In this document: positions 25,960 through 39,390 of the stretch, piece after piece
Layout: the number at the start of each line of letters is the position of its first letter
Numbering within the stretch: the stretch's first letter is position 1
NCBI GenBank assembly: GCA_016748015.1
Contig: JAAOMT010000618.1
Span: 65,301 to 129,300, forward strand
Length of the DNA: 64,000 bases
From: Geosiphon pyriformis uo1
Taxonomy: Eukaryota > Fungi > Glomeromycota
Reading direction: 5' to 3'
Notes under the pieces: model-generated
Database searches by the model: none
What the model was told of the DNA's origin: nothing
The model's input: the letters and a program-made list of their open reading frames with translations, nothing else
Program-made: the position numbers and the translations under genes

Positions 25960-28900
25960 ATACACAGCTTTAAATATTTAAGTTTTCTTATTTATTTTTA
26001 CTTTTTTCCACTTGCCTTATTATAAAACTTGAACCTATTTCAGCATTAAAAATTAGTGATAGTTTTTACAAAGTCTTATTTATTTTATAATTGTTTCTTA
26101 AATTTAAATATTCTTTTTAAATAAATTAATAATTGAAATTCTAAAAACATCTTAATTTTATAATTAATTATTTTAAATTAAATTAAAACTAAATTAGCGT
26201 AAATTAATTTTCAAAAGCATATTGAATAGTTTTAAATTAATTTTATTTATGCAATAAATACTTATTTATGTTTTGTATATAATTTCGTCCATTTAAGTTT
26301 TGATTTGGTATTATTACTATTGTTATAGTTTAGAATATCTTTATTGTTTTAACTAAATATAATTATTTTATTATTTAAACTACATATGTTTTCTATATAT
26401 GACTAATTACTCAGATTTATATTAAGACTACATTAATTAAACACTAAAATTTTTTTAGTTGTTTTTATTTTTTTAACAAAACTATTTTAATGTTTTTTAA
26501 AAAAAAGTCTTATTAATTCAAGTTTCTTTAATTATTTTATTGTATTTTAATATAGAATTCAGAACATTTCACAAAATTATTATTATTATTATATAGTCTA
26601 AATTAATAAGTGTGTTAACAAATATCATAAGAATAATTATATTTTTCAATTTATTTATAAATTTTATTAATTAAAATACTAGATTCTATATTTAATATAT
26701 TATTTTTTATAAATGCAATCTAAAACAATATTAACTTAATAATAAATTGTGTTAAAAAGTTAGCTGAATTAACCACAATTAGAACCAATTTTTGAATTTA
26801 AAATTTTAAAAAAAAGTTTTTTTTAACTTTATATTAAATATATTAGTAATTACTTATAATTTTGTAAAATAATTAACAGCTTAAAATAAAAAATAAAGCC
26901 AAAAAATTGGATTAAATTAATGTTTTTAAGACCAAATGCCCTAAAATTAAAGTAACAAATTAATAAATAAAAAAGTAAAACAATATAAAATTAGCAAAAA
27001 AATAAATTAAATAATTAATATATATATTTATTTTTAAAAATTTAAATAAAAAAATTAATACAATTTATTATAAAAGTATATTTCAATTAAAATTTTTAAA
27101 ATATAATAACAAATATTAATTATTTTTAACAGTCTTAAAATAAAAATTAATATAATTATAATAATTAGTACTACTTTTAATTTTGTTATAATTTTGACTA
27201 ATCTGTTAAAAATCTTGTTTTTTTTAAGATTAAAATAAATTTTAATTAGTTAAATAATAATAATTTAAGTATTATTAAGATATTTTTTTAAGTAATTAAA
27301 CTTTTAATTTTAATATTAAAAATATTATAAAAAAAACCAAATTGTTTTTAACTGAATTTATTTTTAAGAATCAAAATTTAATTAATAAATTAGATAAATT
27401 AAATTTATTTTTGATTCTTTTTGGTTTAATTTAATTTAGTTTTAACTAGTTTAAATAACTAATTATATGAAAAAAATACATAAATTATAATTATTTTATA
27501 TTATAGACTATATTTTATTAAAACAATAAAATAATAATATAATAAAAAACAGTATTAGAAATTCTGAAAATTTTAAAAATATTATTTAAATAACAAAAAT
27601 TAATTTATATATTAAAATAAAAATATATATTATTATTAACATTAAATTGTTATTAGATTTATTATCAATCTAAATTAATAAATTTAATAAATTAATTTAT
27701 TTTTAAAATATTTTTTTATATTTTAGATTATTGTTGCTGTTAAATTTATAATAAAATAACCAATTTTATGCTAATTATTTTGTATATTTATTTTGTAATA
27801 AAAGTTAACTTTTTATAAAAAAATCTTAATTGTTAATTTTTTAATAATATGTAATTATTTTGTTATAAAAATTAATTTTTTTATAGAAAATTTTAACTGT
27901 AAACTACTTAATAATATAAGAAAAAAATATAAAATATAAAAAAAATTGTTTTTAACTTAGACTTGAAATTAATTAAATACTTATTAAAATTAATAGCTAA
28001 TTAATTTTAGAATATTAATTAAAATTTGTAAATTTTAAACAATAATAATTATATAAATATTTATTTATTTATTTATTTTAAGCTAAAAATATATTTTTTT
28101 AAAGAAAAAAGTTTTTCTTTAAGACAATTTATTATAATATTATTTTATAATTTAGCACTTTTTTTTGCTAATATTTTGGTAAATTAAAATATATTTTGAC
28201 AAATTACAAGTTATTTTTATAAATTATTAATTATTTTTATAAATTATTAAATATTTTAAATATTTTAGTAAATTTTTAACTGTTATATAGTTTGGTATAT
28301 TAAATAATCTAATTATTGCATTTAATTATATTTGTGTATTATACAAATTAGATTATTAATTAAATAGTAATATTTAATAATTTGTTAAAATAATAAAAAA
28401 ACATTATAAAAATAATTTTATGCTAATTAATAATTTATATTTTTATTAATAACAATATTAATAAATTTAAAATTATATTATATGTTAAAAATATAAAAAT
28501 TTATGAAAAAAAGCTTTTTTTTTGTTAATAATTAAGCAAAAAATAAAAAAATTGCAATTTTTTTATTTTTTAAAGTATTTAAAATATCGTTATTGATAAA
28601 ATATTTATAATTATTAAAACTGCTTAATAATATTTTAAGAATTTTTTCTAAATAATAAAATAAAATAAAATCAAAACACTATTTTTAATTTTAAATAGAA
28701 ATTTTTTTTGTAAAAAATAAAATATTAACTTTAATTAGTTTTTTGATAATTATACTAATTTTATTTTAATTATATTAATTATAATATTTAATTTGAATTT
28801 AATTATAAATAATAATTTTTTTTTTTGAATAATAATAAAAATTGTTTATCAAAGCTATTTTTTAACTATATTATTTAATATATTAGTTTTTGGCTAATTA

Positions 28901-30046
28901 TTATTGATTTTATAAGCAAATTAAGTTATGTTTTTGTTTATGTTTTTAATTAATTATCTTATTAAGTTATTTAATTTTAAGAATTAAACTAATTAAATAA
29001 AAATAAAAGCTATTTTTTCTGTTTTTAGTAATATTATTTTTAAAAAATTATTAATTATTAAAAATTTTGTTTATAAAATATTTTTAAAGAAACACTGCAG
29101 ATTAATATTTAAATTCAAGTTATTTAAGCAATTATTATCTGGTTTCAGATGTAAAAAATCTTTAAATATAATAATTTAAGTCTTAAAAAATTGTTTGAAA
29201 TCAGTCCAAAACTGTTTATTTATTAATTTTAAAAAATAAAAAATAAAAAAAAATAGATTTTTCAAAATTTAAAAGCCATAATAATTTTTAAAAAACAAAA
29301 AAAAAATTGGTTTAACATTAATTATTTTATTGTAATATTAAAAAATTAAAAATTATATTTTTTAAAATATTATTTAAGATCTTCGAATATTTAGAAAGAA
29401 TTTATTTAATTAATTATTTAAAGATATAATTTTAGCTAAAATTTTTTTGCAAAATATTTATTGTCAAATTATATTTCTTAAAAGAAAAAAGCTTTTTTTA
29501 TACAAGTTTTTATTGTATTATTCTATGTTTTTAAACTTTTTGTTTTTATTAAGATATTTGCTAAATATAAATTTTAATAAACTATTTATTATTTCGAAAA
29601 ATTTTAGTTAATTTTAACTTAAATTGATTAAACTTTGTCTAAATTACTTAAAATCTATAAATTTCAGCTTAAACTATTTAAAATTTCTTTGTATTTAAAG
29701 TTTAAAATTTTATATATTTTAATTATAGTATTTTATTATACTTATAAATTAAAAATAATTTTGTACTAATTTAATATAAAAATTAAAATATTATAATAAA
29801 TTATATTAATTTTTTTAGTCTATATTTAATTTATAATTTTGATAATTTTAATTAAATAGTTTGGTTTTTATTATTTTGTATTTTTTAATTAATTTTTATT
29901 TAGTAATTAATAATTCTGTTTTGTTTTAATTATTTTTAACAGTAATTATTATTTATATTCCAGCTGATAATATTAATATTAAATTTTATATAATAAAATT
30001 AATTTAATAATCAGATTATACTTGGTAATAAATAAAAAAATTTATA

Positions 30047-30087
<41 letters not shown>

Positions 30088-30100
30088 TACATAATAAATA
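25960..30100. repeat. extremely AT-rich tract of decayed repeats
   Basis: 27880-28420 is an inverted homolog of 40400-40880. 29710-29795 matches 40895-40985. Confidence 0.7.
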
Positions 30101-30852
30101 GGTTGTATATAGGCGGCTGTCAGTTACAGTTAGAAAAAGGCTGTATAGCAGAAGTTATTCTGGTGTTTTGTGTTTGTTATGTGGCAGAATAGAGTTTTCT
30201 GATCATGTTTTTGCTTGTTTTGGTGACTCTAGTCTCCATAGAAACATTTTGGTTGAAGTTGTTGAAAAATGGATGTCGATGTCTGGTCTTTCGAGTTTAT
30301 CTCCATCTGCTATTTTGCTTTCACTCTTGTCATGTTCTTCGAATATGGGTCTTTATACAGTAGTGTACAAGAGTTTTGTAATAAGTAATTGGTATGCTGA
30401 AGCTGTTTTAGTTTTTGAGAGAAAAAAAAAAGCTACTTAGGCCCTAGTGGAATTCGTCAGATTTGTGGTGAAGTTGCAGTGCACTTAGATATGGGCTGTT
30501 AGGACCAAGCATAGAGTGGAGATGGAAAAGACTGATTTGGTTGGAGATAATGGTGTAATTTCTGGCTTGTTCAACAGTGTAGTTTTTATGTTGTCAGCTG
30601 GTATTGTCCATATGCTTGGTGTTATAGAATCTTTTGCTGTTAAGTTTGATAGGCACAAATTGTGTCATTTTTTTTTTGGTTTAGATGGTGATGTTTTTGT
30701 TACCATAGGTGTATAGTGTTGTCTTGTTTGGCCCAAGTGGTTGGTTATATGTAGTCTGTACATGAACTGTATTTAGTTGGTTCTACTTAGTTTGGTTTTA
30801 TGTACTAGATAGCAGTTGGACTTCACTCGTAAAACTTGTAATAAAAAAAATA
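30101..30852 (+). mobile_element. 5'-truncated non-LTR retrotransposon (LINE copy A): C-terminal zinc knuckle, 3' UTR and A tail
   Basis: CLLCGRIEFSDHVFAC motif, conserved 3' UTR, poly(A). Candidate TSD ATAATAAATA at 30091-30100 and 30853-30862. Close match to copy E. Confidence 0.9.
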
Positions 30853-31613
30853 ATAATAAATATAAATTGTATTAAATACATAAAAAAATTGCCAAATTTT
30901 ATTTGAAAACATAAATATTTTAAATAAAATTTGATATAATTAATATTAAAATAAAATAAATTTTTTATTAATGTATTAAATTAATTATTTTAAATTTTAA
31001 ATTTTAAATTAGTTATAATTCATGTATTTTTATATGTAATTAGATATAAATTTAATTTAAATTAAATAATATTGAAATTAAAAAAAAACTTATTCTAAGA
31101 AAATATTTTATTTATAAAAAAACAACCAAAATATAATTATTAAAAACTATTTTACTTATCTATTTGATAATATTATTTGTATTTAGCTTAATATTAAAAC
31201 TTTAAAAATTTCAAAAAATTATTGTATTAATAGAAACTTCTATTATCAAATATATTTATATTATTATTGTTTTTAACTTTATATTTTATCTAAAGTTTAG
31301 TAATTATTACATACAATTTATTTAATTTATTACTATTACCAATCGAAAATTGAGTTATTAATTAGCATAGATTATTTTTATAATTTTTATTATTAATTAG
31401 TATATATTATTATTTTAACTTATTATTTATTATTTTATTAAATTACCAAATATTATTATTCAATTAATAATTCAATTTATATAATACACAAGTATAATTA
31501 AAGACAATAATCAAATTATATAATATTTTAAATTATATAACATTAAGAATTTACATTTAAAAATTTATCAAAATATTTAATAATTTGTTAAAATAATTTA
31601 TAGTTATTATAAT

Positions 31614-34600
31614 TTTTTTTTTAAACTGTTTAATGAATGAAGTCCAACCACTATTTAGTACATAGAGCCAGACTAAATGGCTCAAACTAAATGTGATTCA
31701 CATACTTTCTACATGTGGCTAGCCATTCAGACCAGACAAAGCAACACTATGCACTAACACAAACACAAGGATTACCATCCAAACCCGAAAAAAAAAGGCA
31801 AGGCCTGTGATGGCCGAAACCAATAGAAAAAGACTCAGTAATGCCAAGCAACCTAACCACACTGTCAGAAAGCACAAAAGACATACTATGTGATAGACCC
31901 AACACCAAGCTATTGTCACTGACCAAGTTAGCTCTCTCCATGTCTGACCTAAACTTAGATCTAACTAACCACACCCTAGAACAATGCAACTTAACCAAAA
32001 ACCTTACAAAATTAATAACTACACAAGAAGTTTTCTTAATATCATCGAAAACACCAGCCACTTCAGCACACCAACTCTTCATCACAAATTCTTTACACAA
32101 AACCGAATATCTGCCAACATTCAAAAGACAAGAATTAAGAACCTGAAAAACAGAAGAAGAAGACAGGTTGCAAATGCCAACCAGAAAAACCCAATGTGCT
32201 AAAGTCTCCAATAGAATCTCCTTATGAGTGTGAACATCTTGTGGACAAGAGAAAACATGGTTGGGCAATTCCACCTCCCCACACAACAAGCATTGAACAC
32301 CTGGATAACATCTATCATACAACCTTTTTCTGACTGCTACTAACAACCTCCTATGTAAAGCCTTCATCAAATATGTATGAAAATCTGCCAATTTTTGGCT
32401 GGTAAACCCAACAAGCATGTGTGAGTCAGGATGTCAGATCCTTACAAAAGAAACCCAATCAAAATTCCCTAATATGTCAACAGAAACCACATTACGGCCT
32501 GGACCAACTTCCCAATGAGTGCGACAAACGGACCTAAATAAATCTCTGACAAAGTGATGAGCATTGCCCAAGACCACAGTGTTTTCAGCCACCAAAAAAC
32601 GTTCACAGACCCTCACCGGTAAAACATAGAAAGAGCCAGCAGCCTCATCTGCAAATCTGTCAGCTTTTACATTACCAGAAACACCAGCATAGCCTCTGAC
32701 CTTGGCCCAACTTACACTAAGATTCTTATCCCTAATCAAATTAAAAACATGCCTATGCTTAACCCAACAGCAGTTGTGAAAATCCAAAACCTCAGATGAC
32801 AACTCAGAAACACATGCATCAATAGCAGCTTGACTGTCAAGAAACAAGAGCACTGAACAAGAGAATAAAACACATTCCAAAGCAAAAGTAACAGCTTGCA
32901 ACTCAGCCATAGTAGAAGACAAGAGGCCACAAACCCTGACACCAATGCTCAAATCCAAAGCCAGAAAATATGCAGCAGCACCACTCAACACATTAGCAGA
33001 ACCAGCACCCATTAATGACCCATTTGTGTAAACCTCAAAACAGCCAGACCAGACCCCATGTAAACCATCCCACACAGAGGAAAACACATCAGATTTCAAA
33101 ATATTCAAACCACAAAAATAAACAGTGCCAGAAGAGCCAGAAGAGCCAGAGGAGAAGAAACCCTTATCCAGCAAATACTTAGATACAACCACAAACCAAA
33201 GAGGCACTGGGCCCCATGGATCTAACTGTTTTCAATAACGAAAAGTCTTTTAATCCAACAGAACACCCTTTTTATCGAAGATCCAATCTCCAAAAGCAAC
33301 ACCATAATATTTAAGAGACCAAACAGAATCAAAGTACAAAGACTCCCCAAGAATCAAAGACATCGAAAAATGATCAGGATGACAAAAAGCATTAGGGAGG
33401 TTGTTCACCAAAGAGAAACCATTGTCCAAAAAAATCTTCACTACATCTGCCAAAAAATTATTCACCAGACTAACACACAGCTTAACAGGAGCTTGAAGAG
33501 GATTCAAGAAAGCCTACCCCTGGACCTGCAAGTCCAGACACCTATGTTTAAACAAATAACCAAGGATGCCAGGGACATTAGAAAAGAAAATTAAAGAGGC
33601 CACTTTTGCCTTAGATTGCACTTGCTCAAAAGACTTCAAGCCATATAGAGAGGGATGATGCAGAGCAGCATCAAGAAAATCACAGGGTAGATGTGCCTTG
33701 GACTTGAAGCCTTTTTTAACCAAAATGTCTCACTTGCAGCAAACACCAGATGAAACAAAACTGAACTGTGTTCAGTAACTAACAATGGGCTGTAAAGCAG
33801 CCAAGACCAAATAAGAAAACTGTTTATCCATAATTACTTTCCTTAGCACTGTGTGGACAAAAAAACAAACATCTGAGTGAGCCTTGGCCAAACTCGGTTT
33901 GGACAACTCTTCAGTTGATAAAAAAATATCCAAATATCTGTGAACTTTGCCCTTCTTGGTGATAAAGATTGGCTGACCACTTATACTTAAAAAAACAAAC
34001 CTAACATCCTAATTAATTAGTATAGTCACCATTTTTTCATTGTTTATAGAAATGTTGTTGATAGAGAAGAAATCACTAGCAATATTCAAAGCATACTGCA
34101 TGGAAGATTGGCAATCCCCAACCCAAATCATATCATTCACAAAAGCACCAACAGCAAAGAATGAAGACATCCCACCACTATTCTTGATCCTGCCAGTTTT
34201 TGTCACAAACTTCATATCAATATGATATCCACACAAATGTTCATGTCTTTTAACCTTACACAAGAGTGGATCATAGAAAATTCACCAAAGAAGAGGCAAA
34301 AAGATCTTACCTTGATCAAGGCCATCATGTACTCTGTAACCATTTGAGAGACCAAAATCAGTCATCACTCTATTAACTCTGTCCTCATGAATCCCACCAA
34401 AAAATTCAACAAATCTGTCACACATTTTAATACAACGCAGACTAGTCCTCAAATGGTGCCAACCAACAGAATTATATGCCTTGTGCATATCCTGTAACAC
34501 CAACCAAAGTTCCCTATTTTTTTTGAAAGCATCTTCTACCACTGATCCAACAGCAAACACAGGAGATTGAATGGAAGTACCCTTCAGCACTGAGAAATTG

Positions 34601-37600
34601 TCACCATGAAGAACGTTAAACTTGCTGCACATAAATGAAATTCTGTCCGAAAAAATCTTAGAGAGAATTTTTCTGGCTGTTTTGATTAAGGCAATAGGGC
34701 AAGTATTTATTAGAACTCTATTCCAATCATAAGGTTTTAGAATCATTGAGACCCAGGCTCTCTTCCACAAAGCAGACACAACAGACAAACACACATTTAA
34801 CAACACCAAGAGGCACTTCATCATCTTTTCACTACCATGCTTCCAAAGTTTATTAGTAATGCCAGACAATTCAGCAGCTTTACCATCAGGCAGACCACCA
34901 ATGACCAGAAGCAACTTACTTAAACTAATAACATCCATAACACCAGAAAAAGCATCATCCCTAACATGGGCCAAAGGAGCATATTGATGGGTCCAAAGAT
35001 CAGGCAGCACTGAAAACACCATCTACTTCCTTATCCAACCCTTTATAATCCTGTCAATTTTCAACTTTACCTCCTCAGACTCCAAAACAAGCTCATCATC
35101 AACCACTAAATGATCCAACACTGCCTTCCAAAATGGCCAACCTAAAACACTCCTGATTATGCTGTCCTTGTCAAAGCAAAACTTTTCCATGCGTTTCTCA
35201 ATAGTCTCCTGTGCCAATTTTGATTTATACATCTTGGATTTCCTGTACTCTCTTTTGACAACTGATAAAAACTTAAAAACATCAGCCCTTTCTCAACCAG
35301 AATCAATTATGTCCACCAACACAAGAGTCTTATTAGCATCCAACATAGACCATTTTCTCACCAGATGGTCAAAATCAGAGGTATTAGCTGAGCCAAATTT
35401 TTTGACAATTTTGACAATTAGCAACTCCAAACCCAGAAATTTAGAAGATTGTTTATTTTTTGAACAATGAAACTCATTAAACCAGCATCAGGAAAATGTC
35501 ACATCTGCAGAATCTACCAAAACCTTTTCCAACAGAGATCATATAACATCCAAATCATGATTAGCAGCAGCAGCACAAAAACTATCCATAACATCTAAAA
35601 CTGCAGCAGAAGAGCAGTCTCTGAAATGAGACTATTTAGCTTCATCCACATCCTTAATATTAAACTTCCAACAATCCTTGTTAGCATGCTTGCGCAAACT
35701 ATTCAAATGAACATCCAAAAGCCCACCCAATCTAACTAAAATCATAACAGCATTGTGATTAGTGTTGAAGAAGCCCAAAACAGAGTTCACTCCATGGCCA
35801 ACAACAACAGAAGCTAAATTCTTACTAATAAAAATGAAATCAATAGTTTTCTTAACCCCCCTAAAATTACCTTATGTAGGAGTCCAAACTAAAGAATGAC
35901 CAGTGAATGAATTGACCAAACCCAAACTCAAGCAGAACTTGAAGCTTGCACTTCTCCCAGATTTATTTTTATTGAAGTCCCCACCCAGAATGACAAAAGT
36001 GCTAAAGTTAGCAGCCTTAGCAATGAGAGAGTTAACCTCAGAAGCCTGACCAAAATAGACACTGGAAGAAACACCAATATACAAACCAACAACAGAAACC
36101 AAAAGCTTGTTTTTGAACAAAAGCCGCACCACAACGATCTGATCAGGCACCTCCTCAACCTTAGAAACATGACAAGCCAAAGAATTGTTCATAATAACGG
36201 TGTTACAGGTGATTATTTCTGTTGTTGAATTAAATAACAAACCCATAACTTGGTGCTTAAAAGCTATTTCCATGGATAAGTTTCTGTAAGTGTGGTATCT
36301 GAAGGTTTTGATGGAGTCTTTTGTATAATGAACAGAGATTCAAGGGTGTTAATAGTAGAGGTTTCTTTCCAAGAGTTTTCCCAATTTCTTTTTCAGCATG
36401 GTGGCTGGATTTAGTCTGGCAGTTATGCTCTTCTGGTAAGCTATCCAATAATATATAAAATCCTACCCTTATTTCTGGGTCTTTTACCAGGCTATCCTTG
36501 ACATCAATAACTTGGTGCTTAATCTTTTAATCAATTAGTATACAACAACAAAATCAAAAAGAAAATAAAATAAAGAAAATAGAGAAAATAAGCCAAGGCA
36601 ATTCGATATGTTAGTATCTTGTCAATAGCCGTGATCAAGAGCTATTGTTCCAGCATGGTTAAGTATTAATTACTATCAACATTTTATGTTGATAGTAGAG
36701 AGTGGGTTGAGATATGGAATAATTATTTATTTAATGATTAGGAACTGAAATGTTACTTATATTAAATCTAAACTGAGAGATCTGTCTTTTTAGCTTCTAA
36801 TCCTACTGCTATATATACATAATTGAGATTCTTCAATTCCTTAATTTTTTATGACAGGAATCCTGGAATTCCTGGAATCCTACAATTCCTTTGAAAGGAA
36901 TTCTGGAATTCTGGAATCCTGCAATTCTTCATTGGGGAATCCTGAAATTCTTGGAATCCTGTAATTCCTGAAAGGAATCCTGAAATTCCACATTTACTAT
37001 GCATATTTCTAATTGGCTAATATCTACTGACTAATAATACTATATTTTCTATATTCTATGAGTAACAATGGCAACACCAGTGCCAAGAAAACCAACTTCC
37101 AAACCAGAAGTAAAGATATGAACACCATTATATTCACCCTTGATCCATAGACCAATAGAAGATTTCAACTTAGTCTCAGTAATAGAAGACATCATATTCC
37201 CAGAACTCACATGCCAATGAACAACGTCTGCTTGTTTTGTAGGAACATTGATACCCCAAACATTGCATGTAGCAAATTTCCAGATCAACTCAATTATTAA
37301 GAAGGAGAAGATACAACCAAATCCGAACCAGAACACAAAAGATCCAATTTCATCAACACAGAACCAACTGACACTTCTAAAGCTGACAACTTAGATTCCA
37401 AACCACTGATCTTGGAGGTCAGAATCTTTGAACTACTTGGGCCAAGCTCAGCAATAACACTATTAGAAACCAGATGAGAAGAGTTGGAAGAGGGCAATGG
37501 AGTGTCCACAGCCATATCCAAACCAGAAATTGGAACATTAAATGCAAAAACCTTCAATGAAAAGACATGGGAGGGGGCTGCCAATAACACCAACTTAATA

Positions 37601-39390
37601 CCACTCAATCTCTTCAAAATGTCAGAAACTTGATCAGCCAAAAGCTTCAAAGAGCATTCCAATACTGCCAAATGATCATTCAGACCAGAAACATCATGAG
37701 AAAAAGAATCTACTGAGAGGACCTTTGCACCAAAGAATGCATCAGCACCATGAAGACCTGAAGACACCACATGAAAGAAAAAGCCACCAGCAATTTGGGC
37801 TTATGTCTTGCCACCAAAAGAAACTGGATGAGTAACAGAAGCCAATTTTTTCTTATAAATCTCAGCCAGACAAACACAATCTTGATCAGTTACCACTTGT
37901 CTCTCATGACTGCCAGAATTCCCATCCACTGAATAATTACCACCAACATGACCAAAATGCTTGCAAATTGCACAACAAGCCAAGAAAAGACCAGCCCAGT
38001 GCAAATTCACACCCCTAAAAACTGGGACTGAACCAGTCGCAACCAACTTGGCTGCTTCATTTTCAAAACAAACAACTGCACACCTATCACAAACATATGA
38101 ATTTGAATTGTGACCAATGAAACATGTCTTTCCATTATAAGACATTAGCAAATCAGAAAGGTCATGAGCCATAGTTCCCACAGACAATGTATAAAACAAG
38201 GCTCAATGCTGATTTCTTGATACCCACGTTTGTTTATCCTCAACAGCCAATGCTACACGAACTGAATTCTTACCCATAGAAACAGACCACATAAAAGCAA
38301 CCAAACTAACTATTTCTGATGAATCAAACTCCACTAAAGCTTTTTGCCACAAGCCAATAAGCTGTATTTTGATTGAAATGATTTTGTCAAATTTGAAAAA
38401 AACTAATTCCACAGCCGATTTCGGAAGATCAACTGGAATCTCCTTGACGATTATCTTCCAATTTGAATGAATATTTGCTTTTTTCAGATTATCATTAACT
38501 AAAATCTTCTCATTGACAGCCAATTCTCTAGCCTTATTCAGACTAATTTCAGAAGTAAAAGAGGATCTGTTGATTCCAGAAAACTTTAAGAGAGTAAAAG
38601 CTCCCCCAAAACTATCTACTCAATAAAAAAATTTTTTAATTGAAATCAACTTATCACTATTAGTCTTTCCAGGCACATTTGACAATTCTACATCTAAGGT
38701 GAACAATTTAACTGGTTTAAAGGCACGACGTTCCAAAACATGTGAAATCACAGGTGGCAGCCAATTGAATCCAGCAAATTTAGCTCCAGAAAGCACCAAT
38801 TCAGTATCATCATCACTCATGTTTGTAAAAGAAATTGTCTTTGGCAGCCATTCCAAAACAAAGGTTCTTGTTTGCATTTTTCTAGAAGTCGCATTGTCTT
38901 CTATTTCATCAGTCTCAGAAGTGTTGAGATCTATGTAACTCATCTCCTCAGCAACCATGCTTTCCAAATTTTCAGCATCCGACACTTCACTAACACCCGC
39001 TTTCTCACTATCCACCTCACTTCCCCAAGATCTCTGCAGTTCAACACCATCACTATGTAGCATACCCACCGAGAGCAGGCCGTCCGATGAGTCCACAATG
39101 CCACCAGAGACACCAGGCAACTTTGTTTTTTTGTATGAAGAACTATGCAAGTATATACTCTCAATGTGCACTTTAATTTTTTTGCTGCCAGACCAGGACT
39201 CCAACCCAGCTGAATTCGAACTCAAAGCGCCAGCAGAAGAGCCCACTGGATCCATAGGCACAAATAGAGGTATATTTGAAGAAATAATGAAAGGGACAAA
39301 GGGAAAAAAGGGTAAAGAAGGCTATCTCTTCGACAACTTTAAGCTTTCATTGTGGTCAGAGGATTAATGAAAGAAAAAAGTTTAAAGTGT
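31614..39390 (-). mobile_element. full-length degenerate non-LTR retrotransposon (LINE copy B): ORF1 (RRM-like, CCHC) and ORF2 (APE endonuclease, RT, RNase H, Zn knuckle), interrupted by a solo LTR
   Basis: ORF1 fragments at 39261-37297 (CAICKHFGH). ORF2 fragments: FATCNVWG, LGGDFN, QDMHKAYNSV, GLDQG, AFVNDMIW, VYTNGSL/STMAELQA/DSQAAID, CLLCGEVELPNH. Poly(A) tail. TSD GTTATTATAAT at 31603-31613 and 39391-39401. Confidence 0.95.
36201..37067 (-). mobile_element. solo LTR (867 bp) related to the Gypsy LTR at 56785-57588, inserted in the LINE B endonuclease
   Basis: Termini TGTTAC...GTAACA. 4-bp TSD ACGG (36197-36200) / ATGG (37068-37071). Excision restores GFLGTGVAVIMN. Colinear similarity to 56785-57588. 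Confidence 0.93.

Noticed and set aside
36857-36990. GGAATCCT array as a CRISPR array
   Set aside because: Spacers are only 4-6 nt, there are no cas genes, and it is eukaryotic DNA inside an LTR.
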